Virus record (IMG/VR): IMGVR_UViG_3300025577_000005
Span: 1 to 64,000 of that record
Length of the DNA: 64,000 nucleotides
Origin: a virus
Taxonomy: Duplodnaviria > Caudoviricetes
Strand: one strand, 5' to 3'
Shown here: positions 57,504-64,000 of the stretch, piece by piece
Layout: each line of letters starts with the position of its first letter
How positions within the stretch are numbered: the first letter of the stretch is position 1
Program-made: the position numbers and the translations under genes
Notes under the pieces: generated by a model
Seen by the model: the letters and a program-made list of their open reading frames with translations, nothing else
What the model was told of the DNA's origin: nothing
Databases searched by the model: none

Positions 57504-58646
57504 CTACATATAGTCTTTTAATTTAAGATACATGTTTGTAGATGTTGCAAGTTCTTTACTCTTACGTGGTCTTCTTTGACCCCACTTAAGCATAAACTTT
57601 TTACCTTTATCATTCTTTTCACGAACACCCTCAAACTTTGGTTCATTGGTTGCAAACCATGCTCCATTCTTTTGCAGTGTGCATGGTTGATTAATACTAA
57701 TGATTACACCATCAGCATCACAGATATGATAGAAAACTGATTGTCCTCTACTCTCCAACTCAACATGAGTTGCTGCCTTTACACGATTGCAAAGTTTATG
57801 ATAATCCTCATTAGTAACAGAGAATAGATATTCACCTTTACCAAGACAGAGTAGATGCTCATCAGATACTAAACCAGTTGCTTTCTGCATTCTACCAAGA
57901 ACCGATTCATTAGGTAGAAATGAAAGTGCCTCAACAACAAGAGGTGCAACTTCAGTACCAACAGAAGAACAATCCTTCTTCCACTGATCTGCTACATTTT
58001 CATAATGCTCTGCCTCTGGACTATTAATATAGTAGTCACGAATACTATCATTAATATTATCCAACTTACCAAAGAAAGGAAGTAATTCAGGATATTGTCT
58101 CATTACAAGTCCATCACGATACTCTCTATTGCTTCCCTTAAACTTTACACCATAAGGTGAAATATACATTCCAGGAGAACAATCAGTATTATCAAATAAG
58201 ATGTTATTTAATGTAGAATTAAATGTTCCTGAACATACCTGAATAGAAGAATATCCATTCTGATAATTCTTAACACTAACAGAGATTTTCTCACCATCAT
58301 CAAAATGAATAAGAATATCACCTTTCTTTCCTAAATTGCGATACTCTGTATCTACACACTGAAAATAAAACTTACGATCAGGATATTTCTTAATAAGATC
58401 CTGAACTATAGACTGATATGTTGCTTCTATATTTTTAGAATACTTACTCTTAGAGAACTTAGTCTCAATATTACCGTCTACACATGCCTTCTCAAATTCC
58501 TTATTGATTTCTGAAGAAATGCTCTTAGAGGCAACTCCTAATCTCTCTGCCTCTTCTTGTAAACGTGCGGTCAATCGAATCTCTGCTGCATCTTGAATAT
58601 AATGCTCGATTGATGTTCCTGCACCTTGCTTTTTTGTTTTGGACAC
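57504..58646 (-). CDS. Putative PD-(D/E)xK-family (restriction-like) endonuclease
   Basis: GTG start with AGGAG RBS; KKGDILIHFDDGEKISVSVKNY fits the D...SxK active-site variant; N-terminal helix with Glu (DAAEIRL). Confidence 0.5.
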   Translation of the reverse strand: MSKTKKQGAGTSIEHYIQDAAEIRLTARLQEEAERLGVASKSISSEINKEFEKACVDGNIETKFSKSKYSKNIEATYQSIVQDLIKKYPDRKFYFQCVDTEYRNLGKKGDILIHFDDGEKISVSVKNYQNGYSSIQVCSGTFNSTLNNILFDNTDCSPGMYISPYGVKFKGSNREYRDGLVMRQYPELLPFFGKLDNINDSIRDYYINSPEAEHYENVADQWKKDCSSVGTEVAPLVVEALSFLPNESVLGRMQKATGLVSDEHLLCLGKGEYLFSVTNEDYHKLCNRVKAATHVELESRGQSVFYHICDADGVIISINQPCTLQKNGAWFATNEPKFEGVREKNDKGKKFMLKWGQRRPRKSKELATSTNMYLKLKDYM

Positions 58647-58699
58647 AATTACAATCTCCTTAAAGACTAATGTTGATCGGGGATTTCTCCCATGAATCT

Positions 58700-58756
58700 A
58701 ATATATCACCGATTCATGGTAATGTCAAGCATCTGAACCGGTTTGCCGACTGGCAC
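58700..58756 (-). promoter_or_regulatory. Promoter with cassette palindrome
   Basis: TTGACA (58723-58728)-17 bp-TATATT (58700-58705); palindrome GAACCGGTTTGCCGACTGGCAC at 58735-58756. Confidence 0.75.
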
Positions 58757-58759
58757 ACT

Positions 58760-59176
58760 CTATTCCTCATTTAACCACTGATCATATAGCCTTACTTCTT
58801 CCTTCCGTGCCTCAATTTCATGTGGTTGATCCCAATAATCATAATTCTCCACCGGTTCCTGACAATACCTCATTTTTCCATGATGAAACCGCAGAGAACC
58901 ACCTACCCACTGTGCCAGATGAGTCAGTTCATGAAAAAGAGTTTTTATATACATCTCCTCAGACATACGTGCCTGAAGTTCAATCAAGAAGTGTCGTGGC
59001 CGATAATCATTACCAATCACATCACAATACCCAACAACACCATCACGTTTGAGACCTTTATGTTCAATCTCTACCACAATTTTGTGTCGTGGGAAAAATT
59101 CACTCAAAAACCAATGGGCAATATCCTCACACCGTTTTTGAGAATAACCGTATCCACTATGAAAGATGTAAGACAT
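58760..59176 (-). CDS. HExxH zincin-like metalloprotease
   Basis: TLFHELTHLAQW and YWDQPHEIEAR. Confidence 0.75.
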   Translation of the reverse strand: MSYIFHSGYGYSQKRCEDIAHWFLSEFFPRHKIVVEIEHKGLKRDGVVGYCDVIGNDYRPRHFLIELQARMSEEMYIKTLFHELTHLAQWVGGSLRFHHGKMRYCQEPVENYDYWDQPHEIEARKEEVRLYDQWLNEE

Positions 59177-59238
59177 GTTCCCCAATGTAAAACCCAGATA
59201 AAAGATGATAAGAATAAAAGTTTTTCTTTAGCAGTCAT
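59104..59238 (-). CDS. Small hydrophobic protein (not in ORF track)
   Basis: MTAKEKLLFLSSFIWVLHWGTCLTSFIVDTVILKNGVRILPIGF; ATGA coupling; overlaps next gene by 73 nt. Confidence 0.5.
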   Translation of the reverse strand: MTAKEKLLFLSSFIWVLHWGTCLTSFIVDTVILKNGVRILPIGF

Positions 59239-59393
59239 GCTGGTGTTACACTCCATTCATCTGTCGGAACCATTGTATTGATAATGTGCTCAACATTTTT
59301 GATTCCATAGACTACAACTTGCTGAGTTGAAGTGTAACCATTTTTCTTCTCACGTTTCCATGAGACAATCCATCGATCAGATGATGCTTTCAT
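59235..59393 (-). CDS. Small hypothetical protein (not in ORF track)
   Basis: MKASSDRWIVSWKREKKNGYTSTQQVVVYG...; ATGA coupling on both sides. Confidence 0.65.
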   Translation of the reverse strand: MKASSDRWIVSWKREKKNGYTSTQQVVVYGIKNVEHIINTMVPTDEWSVTPA

Positions 59394-59551
59394 TGTTCAG
59401 TCTCAGAATTTTTTTCTTTGCAAGTACAGACTTCAATCAGTGATCCTAATTTGTTCAGTAAATTCTGATTTAATTCAGGATAATCAGCATCTCCTTTACC
59501 CAGAAGATATACAAGATGCTTTATCTCATTCTTTGTTAGATTTACAATCAT
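59390..59551 (-). CDS. Small hypothetical protein (not in ORF track)
   Basis: MIVNLTKNEIKHLVYLLG...; ATGA coupling on both sides. Confidence 0.65.
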   Translation of the reverse strand: MIVNLTKNEIKHLVYLLGKGDADYPELNQNLLNKLGSLIEVCTCKEKNSETEQ

Positions 59552-59931
59552 CCGTCACACCATCCCATAATTTCACAACCTTCATCACTTAACATTTCTT
59601 CCTTAATACCATTTGCCTTACATACTTCCCAGTCTTCATAGGTGCAATCACGGAGATACTTTCCATCCTTATCATGCACTGAGGCATATTGTTGAATAGG
59701 AAGATCCCACTTTAATCCCATCTCTTTGTATTCAGCGTAATACTCATCATCCCAAATATCCCAGTCAATGGGTTCTACATCCATACCCTTCTCTAATCCA
59801 TACTTCTCCACACATGCATCAGTCAACCACAAATAACCAGAGTGATTCTGATCCCAATTGTAATACTCACCATCAACCTCATCTAACATATCAAGATCAG
59901 ATTGTTCCGTGAGATCGTATTCGTGTGCCAT
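59548..59931 (-). CDS. Acidic hypothetical protein
   Basis: 127-aa ORF in operon. Confidence 0.75.
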   Translation of the reverse strand: MAHEYDLTEQSDLDMLDEVDGEYYNWDQNHSGYLWLTDACVEKYGLEKGMDVEPIDWDIWDDEYYAEYKEMGLKWDLPIQQYASVHDKDGKYLRDCTYEDWEVCKANGIKEEMLSDEGCEIMGWCDG

Positions 59932-59967
59932 AATAATTCAGTGTTTAATGAAAAGATTTGGGAATAA

Positions 59968-60336
59968 TCAACGAATGTAAAGATAACCACCTGCCCAATC
60001 ACAGTTCTCCAACACAAACTCACGTTCTTCGATGATTAGCAGATTGAAACGAACACCTTTTGCTGGTGCCTTGTATGATGCTGCCTTGTATACTTCACCA
60101 GTTTTCTTATCAATGAAGGCATGAACTGATTCCGTCTGACCATCGACACACTGCATCACTTTATGATACTTACGACCGGAGATCAGTGCATAAGAATAGT
60201 TACGACCATTTGGATGTTGACGCTGATGAGACTGTTGCAGTGCATCACAAAGCATGAGAGCATACTTGGTGACATTCAACTGAATGGTGTTACGTGCATC
60301 CTGTTGAGCAACGTAGTCAGTGAAAGTGGCAGTCAT
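59968..60336 (-). CDS. Conserved hypothetical early protein
   Basis: GRKYHKV...SVHAFIDKKTGEVYKAASYKAPAKGVRFNL...DWAGGYLY; follows promoter cassette. Confidence 0.85.
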   Translation of the reverse strand: MTATFTDYVAQQDARNTIQLNVTKYALMLCDALQQSHQRQHPNGRNYSYALISGRKYHKVMQCVDGQTESVHAFIDKKTGEVYKAASYKAPAKGVRFNLLIIEEREFVLENCDWAGGYLYIR

Positions 60337-60417
60337 GGTGGTTTCCCTTGTATGAACATATTATAGGGCATCCTGAGAGGGTTTCAGGATGCATTGGGAC
60401 ACTTAGGCAACTGGACC
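60337..60417 (-). promoter_or_regulatory. Early promoter cassette with stem-loop
   Basis: -10 TATAAT at 60360-60365, 9-bp stem GCATCCTGA...TCAGGATGC at 60368-60392, palindrome at 60396-60417. Confidence 0.75.
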
Positions 60418-60816
60418 AGCAGGGATTTCCACAGGTTCTGGTGCTACCATATCTTCAAACTGATGCATGTCATAAGCAAACCAGTTACCATTACGGAAGA
60501 TGTAGGAGTATTCTTCACCATCAGAGAAAAACTCTTCCATATCTTTGTCAAGACGTGGTGCATTATCTTCAAGAGATTCACCACGCATAGTATAATACAG
60601 AGCACCAGACTCAGGCAGAGTTTCATTACCCCAACCAGAATTAGTCCAGGTGCAGGACATATCACCACCATCAATCAGTTCTTTTACTTTCTCAACGGTA
60701 TCATAGTTGTCACGCAGAACTTTACCATTGAACGCAGGATATCCATCATAATGACAATAAACAGAAACGATGCTCTCATCTTGAAGTTGGATGCCGATGC
60801 GGGAACGGGTACCCAT
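60403..60816 (-). CDS. Conserved hypothetical early protein
   Basis: MGTRSRIGI...SVYCHYDGYP...GGDMS...EEYSYIF. Confidence 0.85.
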   Translation of the reverse strand: MGTRSRIGIQLQDESIVSVYCHYDGYPAFNGKVLRDNYDTVEKVKELIDGGDMSCTWTNSGWGNETLPESGALYYTMRGESLEDNAPRLDKDMEEFFSDGEEYSYIFRNGNWFAYDMHQFEDMVAPEPVEIPAGPVA

Positions 60817-60899
60817 GGTGCCTTTGCTTGATTACCTCTATATTATAAGGCATAAAAAAGACCCTGTAAGGGTCAGTGTGACACTTCTCAAACTGTCTC
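60817..60899 (-). promoter_or_regulatory. Early promoter cassette with embedded terminator
   Basis: -10 TATAAT at 60842-60847, palindrome GTGACACTTCTCAAACTGTCTC at 60878-60899. Confidence 0.75.
60854..60874 (-). terminator. Rho-independent terminator after cp12
   Basis: Minus strand GACCCT-TAC-AGGGTC-TTTTTT. Confidence 0.75.
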
Positions 60900-60901
60900 A
60901 A

Positions 60902-61129
60902 TCAGTCTTCATAAACCAAACATTCGGGTTCTGATGGGTTCTGATCACAGAACAACTCAAGGTATGACGGATCGTGATGATCACCTGCTTCAATTTCTTT
61001 CTTATGATGTTCAGCATATTCTTCCAATTCATGTAGTTCACCTTCAATGTGACGACGTTGATTGGGAGAGATCATAGGATTGTCAAGGATTTCTTTGTCC
61101 TTGGCGATGTGAGTTTCGATGTTTTCCAT
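60902..61129 (-). CDS. cp12: CP12 Calvin-cycle inhibitor (auxiliary metabolic gene)
   Basis: 75 aa ending DPSYLELFCDQNPSEPECLVYED (C-x8-C CP12 C-terminus); marine-type N-terminus. Confidence 0.92.
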   Translation of the reverse strand: MENIETHIAKDKEILDNPMISPNQRRHIEGELHELEEYAEHHKKEIEAGDHHDPSYLELFCDQNPSEPECLVYED

Positions 61130-61150
61130 TGTGCTACTGTTCTTATACTT

Positions 61151-61306
61151 TTATTTATTTTGACTTTTTGCCTTTTCTACCAAATAATGAGCAAGAGCTT
61201 CCATTCTTTCAGGATGAATTGCACGTATATCTGCCTCTTTTAGGGCAATTTTCATGCTTTTTTCCTCCATTTCGGTCAATTTCTTGCCGTTTTTTGGTAA
61301 AGTCAT
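61151..61306 (-). CDS. Hypothetical protein
   Basis: Likely start MTLPKNGKK; IRAIHPERMEALA. Confidence 0.65.
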   Translation of the reverse strand: MTLPKNGKKLTEMEEKSMKIALKEADIRAIHPERMEALAHYLVEKAKSQNK

Positions 61307-61380
61307 AGATTTCTTTCGGTGTGTTGATATTCTAACATTAGAATCCAATATTATCTAGGAATTTAAGTTTTTATTCACAT

Positions 61381-61611
61381 TTATTCATCAGTATTAAACC
61401 AAGAGTCAAAGATGCCACTATCTCCAGGATTACGATTTTCAAGTTTATCAAGAATTTCATCAGTAGAGATAACTGATTCTATTTTACTTATCATCTCTGC
61501 AATATTGTTGCAAACCATTGGTCTTTCTTGCCTTGCCGCAAATGCAAGTGCATTGCGAAGTGATTGTTCTGCTTCTTTGAGTGATGCTTCGACTGATTCT
61601 GAGAGTGCCAT
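61381..61611 (-). CDS. Hypothetical protein
   Basis: MALSESVEASLKEAEQSLRNALAFAARQERP. Confidence 0.75.
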   Translation of the reverse strand: MALSESVEASLKEAEQSLRNALAFAARQERPMVCNNIAEMISKIESVISTDEILDKLENRNPGDSGIFDSWFNTDE

Positions 61612-61621
61612 TTTTTTATTA

Positions 61622-61777
61622 TTAAGAGTCAAGTTGATCTTTGATTGCTCGATTTACAATTTCCTGAATTTCCTTACTTGTCATACCATTTAAGAACTTC
61701 CAATTAGGATCATCTTTATCCCATTCAAGACTAAAGGTTCCGTCTTTATTCTGGTCTACTTTCAGACTGTCTTTCAT
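61622..61777 (-). CDS. Small hypothetical protein (not in ORF track)
   Basis: MKDSLKVDQNKDGTFSLEWDKDDPNWKFLNGMTSKEIQEIVNRAIKDQLDS. Confidence 0.7.
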   Translation of the reverse strand: MKDSLKVDQNKDGTFSLEWDKDDPNWKFLNGMTSKEIQEIVNRAIKDQLDS

Positions 61778-61898
61778 TTTTCTTTAATTGCTTTCTAATC
61801 ATTTTAGCATATAAAACTTCTTCTTGAGAATACCATTCAGGATGTTTTTTAGATCTTTTGATAATTTTTTTTGTTGCTTTTTTGTCGGATAAATCCAC
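61746..61898 (-). CDS. Small basic protein (not in ORF track)
   Basis: GTG start; DKKATKKIIKRSKKHPEWYSQEEVLYAKMIRK. Confidence 0.6.
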   Translation of the reverse strand: MDLSDKKATKKIIKRSKKHPEWYSQEEVLYAKMIRKQLKKNERQSESRPE

Positions 61899-61949
61899 TT
61901 TAAGATTTGTTTGGATGTTTTAAGTATTTAACACTTTAACCTTCATATA

Positions 61950-62204
61950 CTAAAGTTTACCACTAACTATGCCACTATTCACTACTCTAGTGCTACCTTC
62001 AGGCCAACCTTCTTGTTCACACTTAAGGTGCCATCGTGTCATAATAGTCACATTTTCTTTAATGGCACCAGTGAGCATTTGACGACCATCTTTGGTCATA
62101 GAAGAAAACAAACCATAACGAGTTGCCCAAACATAGAAACACTCGTCAATAAGTTCGGCACCTTCTGGTATAATGACTTCTGGTTTTGTATCAGTCTGAA
62201 TCAT
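61950..62204 (-). CDS. Hypothetical protein
   Basis: Likely start MIQTDTKPE; IDECFYVWATRYGL...MTRWHLK...VSGKL. Confidence 0.75.
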   Translation of the reverse strand: MIQTDTKPEVIIPEGAELIDECFYVWATRYGLFSSMTKDGRQMLTGAIKENVTIMTRWHLKCEQEGWPEGSTRVVNSGIVSGKL

Positions 62205-62418
62205 TGTTCTCTTCGGGTGGTTTTTTATTAAATCCAAAAGGTCCTACTTTAGTTTCAGATCTTTTCTTCATAACAACACCAGCAAGAGACTCCATAATTT
62301 TAAGGATGTCTTCTGCCTTAGCACCTTCACCAAGTTCTTTGGCAACATAAAAATACTTATCAAAGAACTCTTGACTGTGCTCTTTATAGTCTTCGACTGT
62401 GATTGGTTGATCTTTCAT
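62191..62418 (-). CDS. Hypothetical protein
   Basis: 75 aa; KAEDILKIMESLAGVVMKKR. Confidence 0.75.
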   Translation of the reverse strand: MKDQPITVEDYKEHSQEFFDKYFYVAKELGEGAKAEDILKIMESLAGVVMKKRSETKVGPFGFNKKPPEENNDSD

Positions 62419-62693
62419 TTAAATTTACCGAGTGCTTCTTCTTCAAGTTTAACAAGAATTCTTCTTGATTGTTCCTTTTTGATTTTATTGTAAATGGATT
62501 CATGACGACGGATCTCTCCACCCATCGAACAATTTTTCTCCATTTCACTTACATAAAACTCCAATTGAAGAAGTTCCATATCTTCAAAATCAAGTTTTGC
62601 TTCCTTGATGTTGTTCATTCTTTTCTTGTACCTTTCCAGTCCATCTTTCATTAATTGATCATATTCGTCGTCATTCATAAATTGATCGCTCAT
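62415..62693 (-). CDS. Hypothetical protein
   Basis: 92 aa, ATGA coupling. Confidence 0.7.
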   Translation of the reverse strand: MSDQFMNDDEYDQLMKDGLERYKKRMNNIKEAKLDFEDMELLQLEFYVSEMEKNCSMGGEIRRHESIYNKIKKEQSRRILVKLEEEALGKFK

Positions 62694-62848
62694 TTTCCTC
62701 CTGTATCATAGTTTAGTTGATCATCTTGCTCTTTGAGTTTAGCACGTCTCACTCTATCATGAAGTTGCTTGAGTGCTTCAGTAACCTCAGGAGTTTCTTC
62801 CCACTCCCAAGTTTCACCACCCTTTCCAGTAAATTCTTTTTTAGTCAT
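62690..62848 (-). CDS. Small hypothetical protein (not in ORF track)
   Basis: MTKKEFTGKGGETWEWEETPEVTEALKQLH...; ATGA coupling on both sides. Confidence 0.7.
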   Translation of the reverse strand: MTKKEFTGKGGETWEWEETPEVTEALKQLHDRVRRAKLKEQDDQLNYDTGGK

Positions 62849-62973
62849 GGATTTAAAGTTTTGTAGACAGCAGAGATACTCATGTGCCCGTGAATGTATC
62901 CTGCAAGGATTATAGCAAAGACGGACAGAAATATCAAGCCCGTTGCGATTAGGTTAGGCAACGGTGAGATCAT
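62845..62973 (-). CDS. Small membrane protein
   Basis: MISPLPNLIATGLIFLSVFAIILAGYIHGHMSISAVYKTLNP. Confidence 0.6.
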   Translation of the reverse strand: MISPLPNLIATGLIFLSVFAIILAGYIHGHMSISAVYKTLNP

Positions 62974-63202
62974 TAATTGTGTATTTGTTTTTTCTGAGTT
63001 TGTATCGTTTAATGTGTGCTTGTCTGTGTTCATTACAATCAAAATGGCAGATTCGATCTTCATTTCCGTCCCTGTATTCTAATCGATAAGGGAATGCTTT
63101 AAATGGATGCATTTCTTCAGGTGTTAGATTCTTTTTCTTGGGAGTTTTTGTTGAACTCTTTGCCTTCGCTTTGCGAGTTGTAGTAGTCTTCTTTGCTGGC
63201 AT
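62954..63202 (-). CDS. Basic hypothetical protein
   Basis: MPAKKTTTTRKAK...FPYRLEY...ICHFDCNEH...HIKRYKL. Confidence 0.7.
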   Translation of the reverse strand: MPAKKTTTTRKAKAKSSTKTPKKKNLTPEEMHPFKAFPYRLEYRDGNEDRICHFDCNEHRQAHIKRYKLRKNKYTINDLTVA

Positions 63203-63260
63203 TTTTCTCAATCATTTTTTCGTGTTGTTGAGCACCTAAGTTGTCTAAAAAATCATTCAT
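63117..63260 (-). CDS. Small hypothetical protein overlapping next ORF (not in ORF track)
   Basis: MNDFLDNLGAQQHEKMIEK...; coupled to upstream stop. Confidence 0.45.
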   Translation of the reverse strand: MNDFLDNLGAQQHEKMIEKNASKEDYYNSQSEGKEFNKNSQEKESNT

Positions 63261-63472
63261 CATTTGAAACCTTTTACTTCTTTTTTATCTAGCACATCAA
63301 TATGAGAGAGAAAAGATGTTGGAGTATTCCACCAGATTGATTGTGCTTCTTCCCATGATTCTACTGTAAGAGACTTACCATCAGTTTTTGTAACTTTATA
63401 GTGATGTCGATCATAAGGTTCACTGGATGATTCTGTAAAGAACAATGGGTCGGAGGGATCAATTAAACTCAT
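63260..63472 (-). CDS. Hypothetical protein
   Basis: FFTESSSEPYDRHHYKV...WWN...VLDK...KGF. Confidence 0.75.
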   Translation of the reverse strand: MSLIDPSDPLFFTESSSEPYDRHHYKVTKTDGKSLTVESWEEAQSIWWNTPTSFLSHIDVLDKKEVKGFK

Positions 63473-63882
63473 GGCATTTTCATAATTTGGGTTGTAACTT
63501 CTTGATGTCTTAGATACAATTTAATAAAGCATCTTGCCATTACTTTCATTGTATCAAGATCTTCACAGTTCTCAATTTCTCTGGATAGTTTTTCATATTC
63601 AAAGAGTTTAGATGTGGTCTCTAACTGTATGCTATCTGGATCCATGTCTTTTAGATATTCTAAACTACTATTTACCCCAGAATCTTTCAGTTCAAAGCAT
63701 ACTGAGTTAAACCATCCCTCCTTATTGTAAAGTTTTATTTTCGTATGTTGAGAACGAACATCCACTTTTTCAATAATATATTCTTTACCAATTATAAGAT
63801 GTGAAGTGGGATCATCATTGTTTCCCCATCTTATTTGCTCTTCAGAGCATCCCGTGTATTCTATAACATCATTCTTTTTCAT
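63469..63882 (-). CDS. Two-domain protein; C-terminal 58 aa possibly NblA-like
   Basis: N-part GCSEEQIRWGNNDDP...FNSVCF; internal Met at 63645 starts MDPDSIQLETTSKLFEYEKLSREIE...KLYLRHQE. Confidence 0.65.
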   Translation of the reverse strand: MKKNDVIEYTGCSEEQIRWGNNDDPTSHLIIGKEYIIEKVDVRSQHTKIKLYNKEGWFNSVCFELKDSGVNSSLEYLKDMDPDSIQLETTSKLFEYEKLSREIENCEDLDTMKVMARCFIKLYLRHQEVTTQIMKMP

Positions 63883-64000
63883 TTGTAATCATGCGATCTA
63901 TTGCGATTAAAGTATCATAAGGAATCCATGCAGGATTTTCATCATCAAACTGAACCTGAACTTCCTTCACACTCTTTTCTAAGAACTTGGAATAAGAAGT
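63869..64000 (-). CDS. Hypothetical protein, 5' end outside the window
   Basis: ...KSVKEVQVQFDDENPAWIPYDTLIAI... open to window edge. Confidence 0.6.
   Translation of the reverse strand, partial: TSYSKFLEKSVKEVQVQFDDENPAWIPYDTLIAIDRMITNEKE

Noticed and set aside
8-63082. All plus-strand ORFs in the supplied track (e.g. 3039-3506, 4589-5110, 17968-18447, 33800-34255, 58820-59281)
   Set aside because: They are antisense shadows of well-supported minus-strand genes, with no RBS or recognisable motifs
1-64000. tRNA, rRNA, photosynthesis genes (psbA, hli) and DGR reverse transcriptase
   Set aside because: No cloverleaf with T-loop GTTCGA context or matching protein motifs was seen by eye; tRNAscan-SE and Infernal would be needed to exclude them formally

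Overview
This window is a 64-kb piece of a T4-like marine cyanophage (cyanomyovirus). The host is probably Synechococcus or Prochlorococcus, judged from CP12, the cyanophage-type gp7/gp8/VrlC baseplate genes and cyanobacterial-type DnaA boxes. Essentially all real genes lie on the minus strand. Positions 1-43 kb hold the conserved virion and packaging module (uvsW, uvsY, g3, g23, g22, g21, g20, g19, g18, g17, g16, g15, g14, g13, VrlC-like, g8, g7, g6, g25) with T4-type late promoters. Positions 43-64 kb are an accessory, early-type region of small ORFs. The most interesting signals are: (i) a non-coding locus at 48.9-49.2 kb with a lone plus-strand promoter, a 32-bp direct repeat, three helically phased DnaA boxes and an AT-rich tract, a candidate host-DnaA-dependent origin or DnaA sink; (ii) an island encoding a PD-(D/E)xK-like nuclease, a ParB-like protein and an amino-methyltransferase split into two genes in permuted order; (iii) a late Gly-rich adhesin-like gene with G-N-P triplets flanked by three 2OG-Fe(II) oxygenases and two Cys-rich paralogues; (iv) a 22-bp palindrome at a fixed 29-30 bp from -10 boxes, repeated nine times; (v) a ligase-motif protein close to HicA-like and AbrB-like genes; (vi) an NblA-like domain. 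All protein calls come from motif recognition and synteny by eye; no database searches were run.
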